Notes: generated by a model not told the origin, from the sequence alone. 64,000 bases of DNA from the human T2T-CHM13v2.0 reference genome, Homo sapiens (GCF_009914755.1 NC_060936.1), one strand, 5' to 3'. Counted from the first letter of the stretch, positions 27,644 through 41,294 are shown. Numbers and translations are program-made.

Positions 27644-28887
27644 CAAATTAACTATAAAAATAAAAAAAGTAATATAGGTCATGGAGCTATATTAATTATA
27701 GGAAAGGTTTTATTTTCATTGGAGGAATATGCTGTTCCTGTATACCTGATACTTATCTAACTTCTCAAATTTTACATCTCCATTTCATAGTAAGAAAATG
27801 ATCTTGCTTGATGTTCTGGTTAAAACTTGCTAACAACTGAGAGGTTTATTGGAAGCAACAACAAGGAGGTGACCCACAAAAAAGAAAAAGAAAAACTTGT
27901 ACTTTTTACCCAAGACTTTTGTCCTAAGAAGAGCAGAATTGGCCCTCTGGGGTACAGAGGGCCTTTGATCTAAAGTGGACCAAATGTAATTTCTTCAGAT
28001 TAACATAATTTTATTTGCCAACATAACTTTATTTCCCAATGGCAAAATAAGAATTCCTGATATGTCGTTTTGTTACAATTAGATAAAGATTGTTTAGCTG
28101 ATTTTACACTCTACAATCTCTGGAATATTCAGAGATTTTTCTCTGAATACGTTTGTAATAGAAGGAAAATTTAAATATTTTTAATGTATGACTGGAGCTA
28201 TCTATCCCAGCCAAATTTCAGTGGAGATTGACGACTCTTCTATACAATTTATTTTTCTAATTTTAAGAGTTTATGGACCATACGATGTACAGTGTGTTGG
28301 GCTGGATATGTGCATGGTTAAATATGGAGAATTGCAGAGAGTAAAGCTGCACACAGCTGATTAAGAAGCATCAGGATAAAGAGAAATGGATGCAAGCCTA
28401 TTGATAAAAGGAGTTATCCCAGCATTTGGTTATACACATCATTCATTGCTTCTTTGGCTCTAGACAAAAAAAAAAATGAGTTTTGACATGGGAAAGTCAG
28501 TATGCCTAGTAGATATGGCCTGTTTCAAAGAGTTAGTTTGACCACTCTCCAGCAAAACATCTTTCCCCAATTTTGATACAATTATGAATTAAAGAACTGA
28601 TAAGACTACTCTTCATTAATTTTTTTGAAATGTAAAGGCAGTCGCAACTGAATAAGTATTCTTTGCTTTCATACTCCCCTATTTCCCCCATCCAAGCAAG
28701 ATTAAAATCCATTTCTGATTGGATCAGTAGCCCTAGAAGTAATGTGAATATGGGTGTGAGATCTGCAAGTCACTCATTGTTTCACTCCCTCCTCTCCATA
28801 GAGACTGAAGAGGCTCCCAGCTGTATAAGCTGCACCTGGAGCTATTGAAGAGTCTGGTTGCACAAAGCAAAGTGCTTTTCCCATCAC

Positions 28888-29775
28888 TGTAGTAGCCAGG
28901 CTCCAAGACAACCTACCAGTGATCTTCACTCACTGGTATTCACACCATTGTATAATCCCCTCCCATATTATATTAGGTAGGTTTGGTCTGTGTGACTAAT
29001 AGCATATGGCAGAAGTGACAGTATGTTGATATGGTTAGGTTTTGTGTCCCCACCCAAATCTCATCTTGAATCATAATCCCCATAATTCCATGTCAAGGAG
29101 AAGATCAGGTAGAGGTAATTGAATCATGGGGGCCATTTCCTCCATGCTGTTCTCGTGGGAGTGAGTTTTCACAAGATCTAATGTTTTTATAAGGGGCTCT
29201 TCCTCCTTTGCTCAGCACTTCTCCTTCCTGTCGCCTTGTGAAGAAGGTGCCTTGCTTCCCCTTCTCCATCTGCCATGATTGTAAGTTTCCTGAGGCTTCC
29301 CCAACCATGCTGAACTGTGAGTCAATTAAACCTCTTTCCTTTATACATCACCCTGTCTCAGACAGGTCTTTATAGCAGTGTGAAAATGGATTAATACATA
29401 TGTCATTTCCAGGATTAGGTTATCAGACCAAAACTTCTGTTTTTTTCTCTCTCTCTCTTAGCCCACTAAGTCTGAGGGAAGCTAGTTGTCCTGCCATGAA
29501 ACCACTCAAGCAGCCTAGGGAGACATTTATACGGTGACATCTATATGGTGACAAACTGAGGCCTGAAAACAACTGTATGAGCAAGCTTGGAAATAGATCC
29601 TTCAGCCCCAGTGGAGCCTCAGATGACTGACTGAAGCCCCAGCCTATAGCTTGATTCAACTTCATAAGTGACCCTTAGCCAAATCACGCAGCTAAGCACC
29701 AACACTGTGATATGTGTTTGTTACTTTAGGTTGGTAAGTTTTGGGATAGTTATGCAGCAATAGATAACTAATACA
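28888..29775 (+). mobile_element. MLT1 (F-like) LTR interrupted by THE1
   Basis: TGT start, ends GCAGCAATAGATAACTAATACA. Confidence 0.7.
29027..29398 (+). mobile_element. THE1 (C/D-like) solo LTR
   Basis: TGATATGG...TAATACA; 5-bp TSD TATGT. Confidence 0.88.
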
Positions 29776-30103
29776 ATCTTCCTGTGAGTAAGCAAGGAGT
29801 TATAGATCACTTAAATTTCAAGAGCACTTCAATATTTAAAACTTGGGAAGCCAGAAGTATTCCTTAGCATCAGTTTTGGAGTAAAGAGCATTGGTAAGGA
29901 TGAAATTTAGTGGTTAGTTTTGTGTTTCTGAAACCTGGCAGGCACACACCGCATAATGGAACAGTAAGCCTAAAGAAAACTATGTAACTTGTTGCTACTG
30001 TATCACAGACATTAAGACAGATGTCCCAGTGATTTGGGACCACATTTCTTTATTCTTTTGTATTTTAAACAATGGAAATCCATGCATTTCTCTCTGGCCT
30101 GGA

Positions 30104-30262
30104 GCAGTGCTTCTCAAATTTTAATGTGCATGAGATCACCTTGGGATCTTATTAAAATGCAGATTCTGATTCAGTGGGTCTGGGTAGGGCCTGAGACTCT
30201 GCATTTCTAACAAGCTTCCAGATGACCCTGATGCTGTAGATCCAGAACCACACTGAGCGGCA
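30104..30262. mobile_element. MER5-type hAT-Charlie element
   Basis: CAGTGCTTCTCAAA terminus and GCATTTCTAACAAGCT core. Confidence 0.7.
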
Positions 30263-30513
30263 AAGGCTTAGATCACTATAATCTTTTTAGCACATTCCCT
30301 ACACCAGGGAAGCTCCAACTGAAAAAGCCGTATTTTCTTTTCATCTCTCTGCAAGTGCCATCCCATCCATCAATACTAGTTTCCAAACCTTTATTGTAAC
30401 TTTCTTTTGCCAAATAAAGGTTCAAACTCAATTATTCCACTTTTTGTCTCTACTTGTTCTTCTTCCTCTAGTGAAGTTTTAACAAGCAATGAGACCCCAC
30501 CACTAATAAGTCG

Positions 30514-30872
30514 TTTTTTTCCTTTTTTTTATTTTTTGACAGAGTCTTGCTCTGTCACTCAGGCTGGACTGTAGTGTCACAATCTCGGCTCACTTCAATT
30601 TCCGCCTCCTGGGTTCAAGCAATTCTCCCACCTCACCCTCCTGAGTAGGTGGGACTACAGGCGCAAGCTGCCATGCCCGGCTAATTTTTGTATTTTTAGT
30701 AGAGACAAGTTATGCAGCAATAGATAACTAATACGATCTTCCTGTGAGTAAGCAAGGAGTTACAGTTCACCATGTTGGTCAGGCTGGTCTCGAACTCCTG
30801 ATCTCAAGTGATCTGCCCACCTCAGCCTCCCAAAGTGCTGAGATTTACAGGCATGAGTCACTGCACCTGTCC
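30514..30872 (-). mobile_element. AluS with a foreign insert of about 60 nt
   Basis: Antisense Alu interrupted at 30708-30765. Confidence 0.9.
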
Positions 30873-33585
30873 ATCCTTTTCTTATTATTATGAAACACTA
30901 CCCTAACCCACATTTCCAAGCTTTCTATCCTCAAATAGCTTCTACTATCTCACATCTCTTATGGCTAAGCCCTTTACTAGTATGCTCTTATTTTATCCTG
31001 ACAACTTCAAGTGAAATAAGCACTAGTAGTAATCCCATCTTAAAAATGAAGAAATGTTGACTTAAGAGTTAAGTGAACTTTCTGCTGATTATACAGCCAA
31101 GTTTTCTATCCAAGGAAAATCCAAAAAGAATTTAAGCACTATGGCTATATTTATTTCCCTCCTGAAACTTCTCAGCCCTACCCCCTACCTATCTAAACAT
31201 GCAATTCTCTTGCTTTCATACCTCTCAACTTAGATCACAATTCATACAATTGTAAGAACTCATACCATCTTTTGTCCTCATTGTCCAATGACTTAATCAG
31301 TGATGTTACATTCTGCAGGCATACACCCACAAATGTGTAAATTTAGTGTTTTCAGAGGACAAGAACCTATACTGAGTCTCAGCAGCTCAATTTTTAGTTT
31401 TTAAATTTTTCTTAGAGACAAAGTCTCATGTTACCCAGGCTAGAGTTTGGTGGCTATTTACAGATGTGATCATGGCACACTGCCTCCTTGAACTGGGCTC
31501 AAGTGATCCTCCCACCTTAGCCTCCCGAGTAGCTGGGACTACAGGTGTGAGATGCTGTGCAGAGCCAGGTCAGTTTTTCAAATGGGCAGAAGAGGTAGTC
31601 AGTAAGAATGAAAAAGTTTGAATGCCTGAAGAATTCATGGTTATCTGATTTCAGACACAACGAATCCTGCTATTACCAAGAATATGTCTTTCCTCACCTC
31701 TTGGCTCTGCTTTCCTCTTGGGCCTCACTTCCAGTGGGCTCTTAACAGTGCTGTGTCAAGGCAACTACCCCACTGTTCCAGGCTTACATTCCCCTAACTT
31801 AGTGTAGCTGTGTAACAAAAAGAAAGCGCCTCTTTCTCAATAATTCCCTCAAAGTTCTCAGGATTGCTTCTCAGTGGACCAATTTTACTCTAGGGGATTT
31901 TTAGGTTGCAAATTAAGGGCATGCACTTGGAAGTCAACTTCCTGGGTTTGTCATTTACTATCTTTGTGACCCGGCTAAGTTAATTTCTCATGACTCAGTT
32001 TACATTTGTAAAATGAAGATTACAGCAATATCTCATAGGGTTGTTGTGAAAATTTAAATAAATATTCCTTGAGCACTTACAATGGTGTGACAGACTAACA
32101 TCTCAACAAAGTGTTAGTTGTTATTAAATGACCATTTATTAAGTTTCCAGACCAGCTAGGTCTGGGAAATGTGCTTTCAGCTTCCCTATTCCAAACTCAA
32201 GATTATAGAGTAGAATTAGAGAACTAGAAGAGATTTTAGAGGTTCACTATTTAAAACTTTTTTAGACCTCTAAACAAGCTAGGTTGAAGCCACTAACTTC
32301 ACTTTATAGTCTGTTTACTCCACTTGATGGTAGTGTGGCAGATATTTAGTTGTTCCTCAGATACGTATTCCCTTTCATACTTGAATTTATGTAGTCCACA
32401 TAGCTACTCGAAATAAAGACTACATTTCCCAGCCTCCCTGCAGTGGCCATGTGTCTATGTTCTGAACAATCGGACAAAAGCAAATGTGGCATGTTCAGCT
32501 TCTGAGTCCTCCTAAGAAGCGAGGCGGGTCATGCTTCCCTTCATTTTTCCTTCCTGCTAAATACAATGTGAACAAAAAAGCTTGGGTGTGGAGCAGCCAT
32601 CTAGAATCATCAGGACCACCAGCCCACGTGGTGCTGTTGTGCAATTTAGAAAAACACCAACCCTCCCCATAGAACTTGGATTCTTAATGGTCCCTTTGTG
32701 TGAATTTTAAAAAGGCCACCCTTCCTCCATGCCGACTCAACGAGTGCCTTCGGGTGCTTGATGAGTTGATCATGGGATTAATTTCATCCCCTGCTATTTC
32801 AGTCTTTTGGCCATGTATCCTTGTACAGGACATGACTTAACACAACCATAGGTAGCACCCCTTTTGGGAAAGGAGGTCACACAGGACAAACAGATAGGTG
32901 TCTAGGTCTCTGTTACAGCGGAGTATCATACAGTCAGCCCTGGTCCACCCTACTTAAACTTTTAAGCCACTGCTATTTTCATCTGTCAATCCTAATATAG
33001 AAAGGGTCATTCACACTGAATTGCAAGCCTTGGATTTTACAACTGGCTATTTTGACTCACATCCTTTCCTCCCCACCCCCAAATTAGATATTACTTTTAT
33101 TTAGAACAGCATTAATCACCAAGTGAACACTACCAATGGACCCCTTGTTCTGCATTCTGTGATTTTTCACCACTGGGCCACAGCTTCAGCCAAATTTGGT
33201 CTAACTGTGATAAAATTGTGGTTTAAAAAATCCAGCAATTCTTTTCTCTTAAAAGTATGTTCCTGGAGGATTATCTTATATGCAAACTCTATGCAAGTCC
33301 TCTTGCCTGGTTAGGTCATTTTATGACTGCTGCCTACAAAATAAGTAAACTTAATTGGTCAATATTCTCATGTCCTGTTATAGGCAACTCCAAAAAAGTG
33401 TGGAAAGTGGCTTGGATTATCAAGATACTCTCTACACTTAAATTCTGAGTACTGAACTAAGGGGTAGTTTTTATCCTCTATTTCACCACAAAGGGAATCC
33501 AGCCAACATGCTGAGAATCCTCAGAACTGAAAACAGAAGCAGACTAAATTTTGATTCCTTTTGACTTTAAAACCTAAAGACCATG

Positions 33586-34325
33586 TTTTTAAAGAGATGA
33601 GGTCTCTCCATATTGCCCAGGATGGTCTCAAACTCTTAAACTTGAGATCCTCCTAACTTGGCCTCCCAAAGTCCTAGGATTATAGGCATGAGCCACCACG
33701 CCTGTCTCAAGACCATCTCTTAACTGATATTTTTATCTGTTATTTTGGTAATGCCAGGAATGAGCCACTGAATTTAGACAGCAACTTTTTTTTTTTTTTT
33801 TTTTAATAATGACATGGTCTCGCTATGTTGCCCAGGCTGCTCTCAAGCAATCCTCCTGTCTTGGCCTCCCAAAGTGCAGGTATTACAGGCCTGAGCCACG
33901 GTACCTGGCCTAGACTACAATTTTCTGTTGTCTCTCTTACAAACAGCAACTAATTCATGCTTGAGCATTGGTAGAGTTATATGCTCTTCATCAAGTGACA
34001 GCAATGAAATTCTGTCCAGGGCTGGGCATAGTGCCTCACATCTGTAATCCCAATACTTTGGGAGGCCTACGCAGGTAGACTGCTTGAGGTCAGGAGTTCA
34101 AGACCAGCCTAGCCAATATAGTGAAACCCTGTCTCTACAAAAAAAAAAAAAAAGCCAAGCACGATACTGTGTGCCTGTGATCCCAGCTACTCATGAGGCT
34201 GAGGTGGGAGGATCACTTGAGCCCAGGAGGTCGGGGCTGCAGTGAGCAATGACTGCACCATTGCACTCCAACCTGGGTAAGAGACCCTGTCTCAAAACAA
34301 AAAAACAAAAACAAAAAAAAAGAAA
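33586..34325. mobile_element. Cluster of two antisense Alu monomers (FLAM-like) and one sense AluJ
   Basis: Monomers at about 33586-33705 and 33786-33910; dimer at 34019-34325. Confidence 0.8.
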
Positions 34326-35435
34326 AGAAATTAGGTCCAGAGGAAGCAAACTATTATTTTGTAGCATCTCTGCTTTCAAAATTTTGGAACACGATTCCAA
34401 ACTCAAAATACTTCTTTTTTTTTTTTTAAGGGTAATTCCTATTATTTGATCTCAACACCCCTGAGGTAAGTACACATATTTCCCCATTTTGATGCAGAAA
34501 AAGAGACGGGGGCAGTGAAATGGCCTGTCACAATTACATAGCTAGTTTATGGTAGAGCTGAATCTAATACCCAGATCTTTTAAATACACGCTTTTTCATC
34601 ACTCACATTGGTTCACACTTCTCAATTTCCTGAAACTATTTCTTTGTAGCTCCATTTCAACCAGTATGAAATGCCAAATCTATCTCCTGGCAATCTCATA
34701 AATTTCACTGTATGATGTGCCAAGTTAAGTGTTTGTTTTGGCCTTGGCAGCAGATGCCCTGATTATGTCCACTAATGCAAACAGCTCACCAGTCTATCAC
34801 TCTTCCTAATTGATTCAGCTACTTTACACCGTTGGCTATCATTCTCTTTCATATGGCTTACTTTCGCTAGGTAAGAACTTTTCCAAGATTTAAGCTGCTT
34901 GATCAACCAAACATTATAAACCTACCTTTGATTTCAGCAGACTTGATAATCAGTCTTGAGGCTTTCAGATTCCCAAAAGGCAAATGTATATACTTTTTAA
35001 GAAAGGCTATGCAAATAGTTTTCATGTTTTATTTAAAATTTTACTTAATTCATAGAAGATGGCCCTTGAAAAGTCATATTTGTTTATAGATTGGATAGTC
35101 TTCAAAATTTATTAGTCTTGCATAAAATCGTCATGTTATTCTATGGTAATTGAAATACAATTAACTCACATATTCTTAACATTCTATTCACTGTTTTGTA
35201 TTGTTTTGTTCTTAAACTGGAGGGAAAATTCAGATCCATGACAGCACCCACCACTTAAGAGTCATATTGGCTTCAGATATTCTGGAACCTCTGTATTCTT
35301 GATCAAACTAGGAAGCACACATTCCTCTAAGCTTAAAACTTTTTTGTTATTGTTGTTACTCAACAGAGTCATTTTATTCCTGGCTTTAATTAGCTTTACA
35401 TTGGTTGCAAACATCTCTGGTATTGGGTCAAATAG

Positions 35436-35764
<329 letters not shown>

Positions 35765-38700
35765 CACTTTGGGCCATCTTTGGGTAGTTCTGTGTAAACA
35801 GAAAAATAACCATGACTCTTAAAATATAATGGATCAACACCATAGGAAAGGTTAAAAAAAATTAATGGAAAACCATGTAGACTGGAATTGAAATAGTGCT
35901 CTGCAAGTTGTAGATAATAAATGTTGAAAGTAACATTTTATTCATGCATTACCCAAGAAGTTAGAGAGAGAGAGGGAAAAAAGGAAAAGCTAGTAGCAGC
36001 AGCTGCAATTACAATCAGACTTTGGATATCAAGGCATTTAAACTGGGTCTTCTAATAGGATTACTCCTAGTCAGTCATGCTCATGTGGATTTTGAAGCAC
36101 AGGGTGCCCCCAAAGGCACTCTCTTCTGAACAGTTAGGCTGCTCTGTAGTTTTACACATCTGTTACCATGTTTAATGAATTTTCAGTTGTGAATGAATTT
36201 GGAAAGTTAAAGCTTTTCAGAACGTTTTTTAAAAATGCACAGGATTCCAAATGTACAGATAGAAGTGACACAATTTTTGAAAATATTATTGAGCTCAACT
36301 TTTCCTCCATTTTATCCCTTAGCCCAATGATTCACTTCCATTCAGGGAGCCTTTCCCAACTTCTAACTCAAGTTAGGATAGATACCCTTTGAAGATGCTT
36401 CCTTGGCATACGTTCCTTTTCTGTTAGAATGTAAAAGGGGATCCCTTTACTCTTCTCTGTATTGAGATTGCCTAGCACAGAGCTCAAATGGATTCTGAAA
36501 TGAAAAAATGCCTGATTCTCTTCATGAGGCCTCTGAAAAACATGTTGTGGGGTCCCTCTTGTGAAGGTCACCAAATGAGAAGTGGAGACAAACTCCATAT
36601 CCATTTTACCATTTGTGGAAGACAGGGGCAAGTTTCCATTATCTACCTCAAAGATATCAGAAAAAATTGAAAAATCTTTTCACATTTATCATAATCTAAA
36701 TCAAGTAGTACTGAAAAAGTAGTGAGGAAGGTTATGTGAATGATGGTGGAAGATGGGAATGAGGACAGGATGGAACAGCACGTAGAAAGATGGAACACCT
36801 GTAGAAAGAGAGCATTCTGATGGCATATGGAATAAACCCCTCTATCCCCCAAAAAGATGAAAGAAAGAAAAAGCTCTTTTTCAGCTTGACTCTAACACCT
36901 GCATTAAGAAGCATCACAGCTTGGAAAGACACAGTCCTAATTTTGAACAAAAAAGAAACAATATCAGAAATGTTAATCAGAACTTGCCTTTTCTTGACCA
37001 GCTCTTGTTCAAAATGTTCTGTATAATAATTACTGTTAATATGCACTGAAGGGCAATGATACACCTGCAGGCATAATCCTCAAACCTGAAAGGTCATTAA
37101 AATTGTATTTCCCCATTCTTCCCTCACATTAATGTTAACATAGACATGAAAGCAGACTTGAGGAAATTACGACTTATCTGTGAACACATGACAGCTTTAA
37201 CCAAGAATATTGGCCCTGCTTTGTATTCTAGCCACATGTTCCTACTTTTTCAACAACCTTGAAAAATAAATATTTGAACTACAATCTTCAATAAAGTCCC
37301 TCTACATTTGTTGTCAGTCTTAATCACTTTTTTCTTGTCTGCTTAGTGCCTTTAGCTCTTAGATGTTGCACCTGGAGATTCTTGCTTACTTTATGATGTA
37401 GGTTTATACACCCTTTAATTGAAAGCAAACCGCCTTAGATAATAGAGTGAAAAACAATGTTACAAGGTCCACTTTCCGTTAAAAGGCAAATAGAAATATT
37501 AGGCTGTTCTCTAAAATGAACAAAAACACATAAAAATACATCATAATCTACCACTCCATTTCCTTTATCAGAGATAAAATCCCACAGCCTAAAAAGGCCT
37601 CTTTTGTGTGCATGTTTTGTCCCCCAGCAGGGGTGGCGAATACAAGGGACTGCAGTTCTCAATGACTAGTCTTTTCTCTGTCCAAAAGAAAGACTTTAGT
37701 CACACAGTATGTGAAATCTTTTTATATTCATGTTTCTACAATAACCATAAAAACTTTAACCCAAATTTGTTTAATACTTTAATTATCATGTACTGAAAGT
37801 ACTTCATTAAAAAAAAAAAAGCAAAACTGACAATGGAAGGATGACAGGAACATATACCTCACCCTTAAGCAGTGTGTGTGATTTTTTTTTACATGAAGGT
37901 TAAAGTTGAGTTTATAAACTGACAGGAAAAGATATCAGAATTTATCTTTAAGGCAATATCATTTGTATAAGGTACCTTTAAATAGCAATATGACAATGGA
38001 TCAAAGAGGAAACAGGGCCTATTCCTACATGACTGTGCGGAACATGTGAATGGCCATCCCTAGAGTTGTTAGTGTACAGCCTCCATGGACGGACCCTGTG
38101 ACTGCATGCACTGAGTGGAGTTCTACATACACCAATGCAAAGAACTCATTTAAAAAAAGACAGAGACAAAATAGTTACTGCTGATGGAAATATTAATGCA
38201 ACAAAAGTTCAGGCTTAGCATTGTCTCCTAAAAACTTCTGAGACATTTCAGTTAACATAAAAACTGTTACACTATGTATGGAGGCACACACTGGAAATAT
38301 TTTACTAAGTACCCAACAACTGTTTTCAAAAAATCAGAGGAGGAAAAGCTTTCAAAGTTATATAAAGTTAAATGCATACAGTGAGTAGATATCTATTCCT
38401 CTGGGATTACTATCTTCCACCCACATTTTTTTTGGTTTTAGGGAAAAACCAGTAAGCCTCCAGCTTTCTTTTTGATTAAATGAAAGACACTAGACAAATG
38501 GATTCCATTCTTGGCCCCATCAAACAGCACTTACTAGCCAAATCGCCCTGTCTGGTAGGTACAGAATAGGGACTCAAAATATGGTTCTATTTCTAGTGAG
38601 CATTATACAAATGTAAACATGTACAAGTTTCCTAGTATTTCATGGGGTTGCTGCTCTGCCTCTAACAGTTCAAGCACATGTAGTTCTAAGATCAGATTTG

Positions 38701-39216
38701 TGCCAGTGTGCGTTGTGTCATTAACATTTTTCCTGCCAAGGTTAAAACAACCAAATATAAACTGAAAACAAAATAAAAAGCAAGGTCTCCTTTGCATTCA
38801 ATCACACTGATATTCAACATAAGATGGCATGTCACTAGGCAAATCATTCAAACTACGGTTGGGAGGCACTTTCTAAACACTGAGAATTTGAGAACAAGGA
38901 ATTTAATGGTAGTGCAAACCTCTCTGTTCACTGTCCTCACAACAGTATCCATCTTCTCATGAATTAAAAAGTCATTAATTTTTTTTTTTTTAATGGGAAA
39001 GCAGTTTCAAGATAAAAAAGTATTGCTATAAGTTATGGTGAATATCCGTATCTCCGACTTCAACCCTTTCCCACCAGTGTGAAAAGTGAATAAAGACAGC
39101 AAGAGTTTTTAGAAAGTTAACTTATATTAAAAAAGTATATAAACAATTTCAATACTACAAAGTAGTATTTCAATACAAAGCAGTTCAAATATTAACTGTT
39201 CTTTAAACTGTTAAAC

Positions 39217-39222
39217 TTTATT
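39217..39222 (-). terminator. Candidate ZFC3H1 poly(A) signal
   Basis: AATAAA on - strand with UUUUGUA about 20 nt upstream, about 710 nt past the stop. Confidence 0.6.
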
Positions 39223-39934
39223 ATAAATTAAAATTTCTTTACAAAAAAATTGCACATAATATTTGACCACTCTTAGGTTCTGATGCACTGGCATTTGCAA
39301 TAGTTTCTTTAATCTTCAAGTTAAACAGTCTCGGCAAGGAGTCCAGAACGTAGAAAGGGTAATAAACAACCCTGATAGAGCATTCAAGTGCAACTAGCAG
39401 ACTTGTGGCCATGGCAGTTACACTTTCCTTAAGATGGACTGCTATAGTTTTAAATCCTGAAATGAAGAATCTCAAAAAAATTTAAAAAGGAAAAACTAAA
39501 AGGGACTGCCTGCTTTTTTTACTGTAAACACAGCCCTGGATATTAAATCCCAAACAGGAATCTCTCAGGCATCAGAGAGTGTCAAGTGAGTCAGGAATAA
39601 CACAAAATAAAGGAATGGGGGAGAAAATAAAAAAAAACAAAGCAAAATTAAAATAAATGTCAGTCACTTTGAGGAACTATACTTACGTATATGATGTTAT
39701 GAGAATCTGGCAGGGCCTAGAAGCAGGCCAAACAGGAAGTTCATTTATCCAACCGAAGAGGATCATGTTCATTGCTTCCGGTTTTGAGGACAGGATATTG
39801 TAGGGAACTTGATATGATCAATAACGCTTGTCTGCCTTACACAGACCTTAGCCAGGGATCAGCCTAATCTTGAAGAATCATTCAAATAATTTTGGCAATT
39901 ATTATAAGGACTTAGAACTGACTGCACCCAGTGT

Positions 39935-40072
39935 TCAGTGATTCTTGCTTTCTGTTTTGTTACTGTTTAAATTTAAGAGCTCATTTAGGCTGACTCCAAT
40001 CTCTTGGCACTTGGAAACTAGTTTTCTCAGGTTATCAGTTTTACCTCCTTCTGATGCTTCAAACAAGAGTTG
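39935..40072 (-). CDS. ZFC3H1: ZFC3H1 last coding exon
   Basis: cag acceptor; QLLFEASEGGKTDNLRKLVSKCQEIGVSLNELLNLNSNKTESKNH*. Confidence 0.92.
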   Translation of the reverse strand, partial: QLLFEASEGGKTDNLRKLVSKCQEIGVSLNELLNLNSNKTESKNH

Positions 40073-40201
40073 CTGTAAAAGACAGGGAAGCATAGAAGTA
40101 AGACTTAGCTAGAGTTTGAGCATTACCACATCAATGGATATGGCACATGCAGAAAATTTACAGGAAAACATCGAGATAAAATAAAAGATAAAAAGCATTA
40201 C

Positions 40202-40264
40202 ATCTTTCCACAGTGATGCACAAAGAGGTAACTTCTGTAAGGCTCTCTGATATAAACGGTGGAC
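40202..40264 (-). CDS. ZFC3H1: ZFC3H1 exon
   Basis: AG/GT; VHRLYQRALQKLPLCASLWKD (HAT/TPR-like repeat); 63 nt. Confidence 0.92.
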
Positions 40265-40564
40265 CTGTAAGATAGATATACACACAATTCCATCAGAAAA
40301 TATAATGAAAAACACCTTCATAATTCCATCTGTTTAAAGAATGGTAATTCACAATAACATCTGAGACAAAATGGTTATGCTGAGTTTTGGAGTTTCCGAA
40401 TATTTGGTACTCTTAAAATGTTAACTACTTTTGTTTCCCCACTTGGTTCTTAGTGTGCATGAAATGTTAACTTCTGTGCTTTAATTCTTTTAAATTGAGA
40501 AGTCAACAAAAGAGACAGAAAAACTTTTTAAAAGTGACCCATCTGAGATTCAACCATGGCTTAC

Positions 40565-40604
40565 CTCTCTTTGTCCCTTTAGAACAATCTCAGCAGCAAT
40601 GGCT
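40565..40604 (-). CDS. ZFC3H1: ZFC3H1 small exon
   Basis: Long poly-U tract + tag, gtaag donor; AIAAEIVLKGQRE; 40 nt restores frame. Confidence 0.9.
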
Positions 40605-41170
40605 CTAAGAGAAAAAAAAAAAAAAAAGAAATATAGAAAAAGGAAAAGAAAAATTTATATATCTTTGAACAAAATGAAACACCACCACTGGCAGAATACT
40701 GACTGTGGGAATCTGAGTACAAAACTTCCTGAAAGTTAACAGGCTAAACTTCCAAGGAGGAAAACCTATAGTGAAAAGAAAAATTCAACAATTTTTATCA
40801 ACTTTACAAGAAAAAAGCAGACCAGTGTTTTGAACATAAATAACGTTCACAGGAGAAAAAAAAAACAACAACAACAACAAAAAAAAAACACCTCATAATT
40901 ACTAGTCAAAAATACCTAGCACTAACACCTTTAAAAGAAAGAAGAAATCAGACTACAACAGGGTAGACACACCACCATTTCAAGAGGTGGTCTTAAAATG
41001 TCTGTAGCAGATTTGTTTGATAACAGTACTGTCACCTAAATGTTGTCCTTCAAAGAAAATTAAAAGTCTACGCTTTTTGCTTTTAGAGGCTATTCAATGA
41101 GTACTCACTCTCATTAAACCTCAGTAAATGCTAAAAACAAATCTAAATTAAGAATAGCAATCTGTCCAGG

Positions 41171-41208
<38 letters not shown>

Positions 41209-41294
41209 GATGTCATTTCAGATTTACCTGTCTGGAGCAAACCTTATAAATAAAAGCAATAGCTATAAAAACATGTACATGATTGTTGCATTAC

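Noticed and set aside
36000-39100. Extra ZFC3H1 exons or a new gene from the short ORFs downstream of the 3'UTR
   Set aside because: Isolated splice-like motifs do not form a consistent chain, and the ORFs have random-like composition
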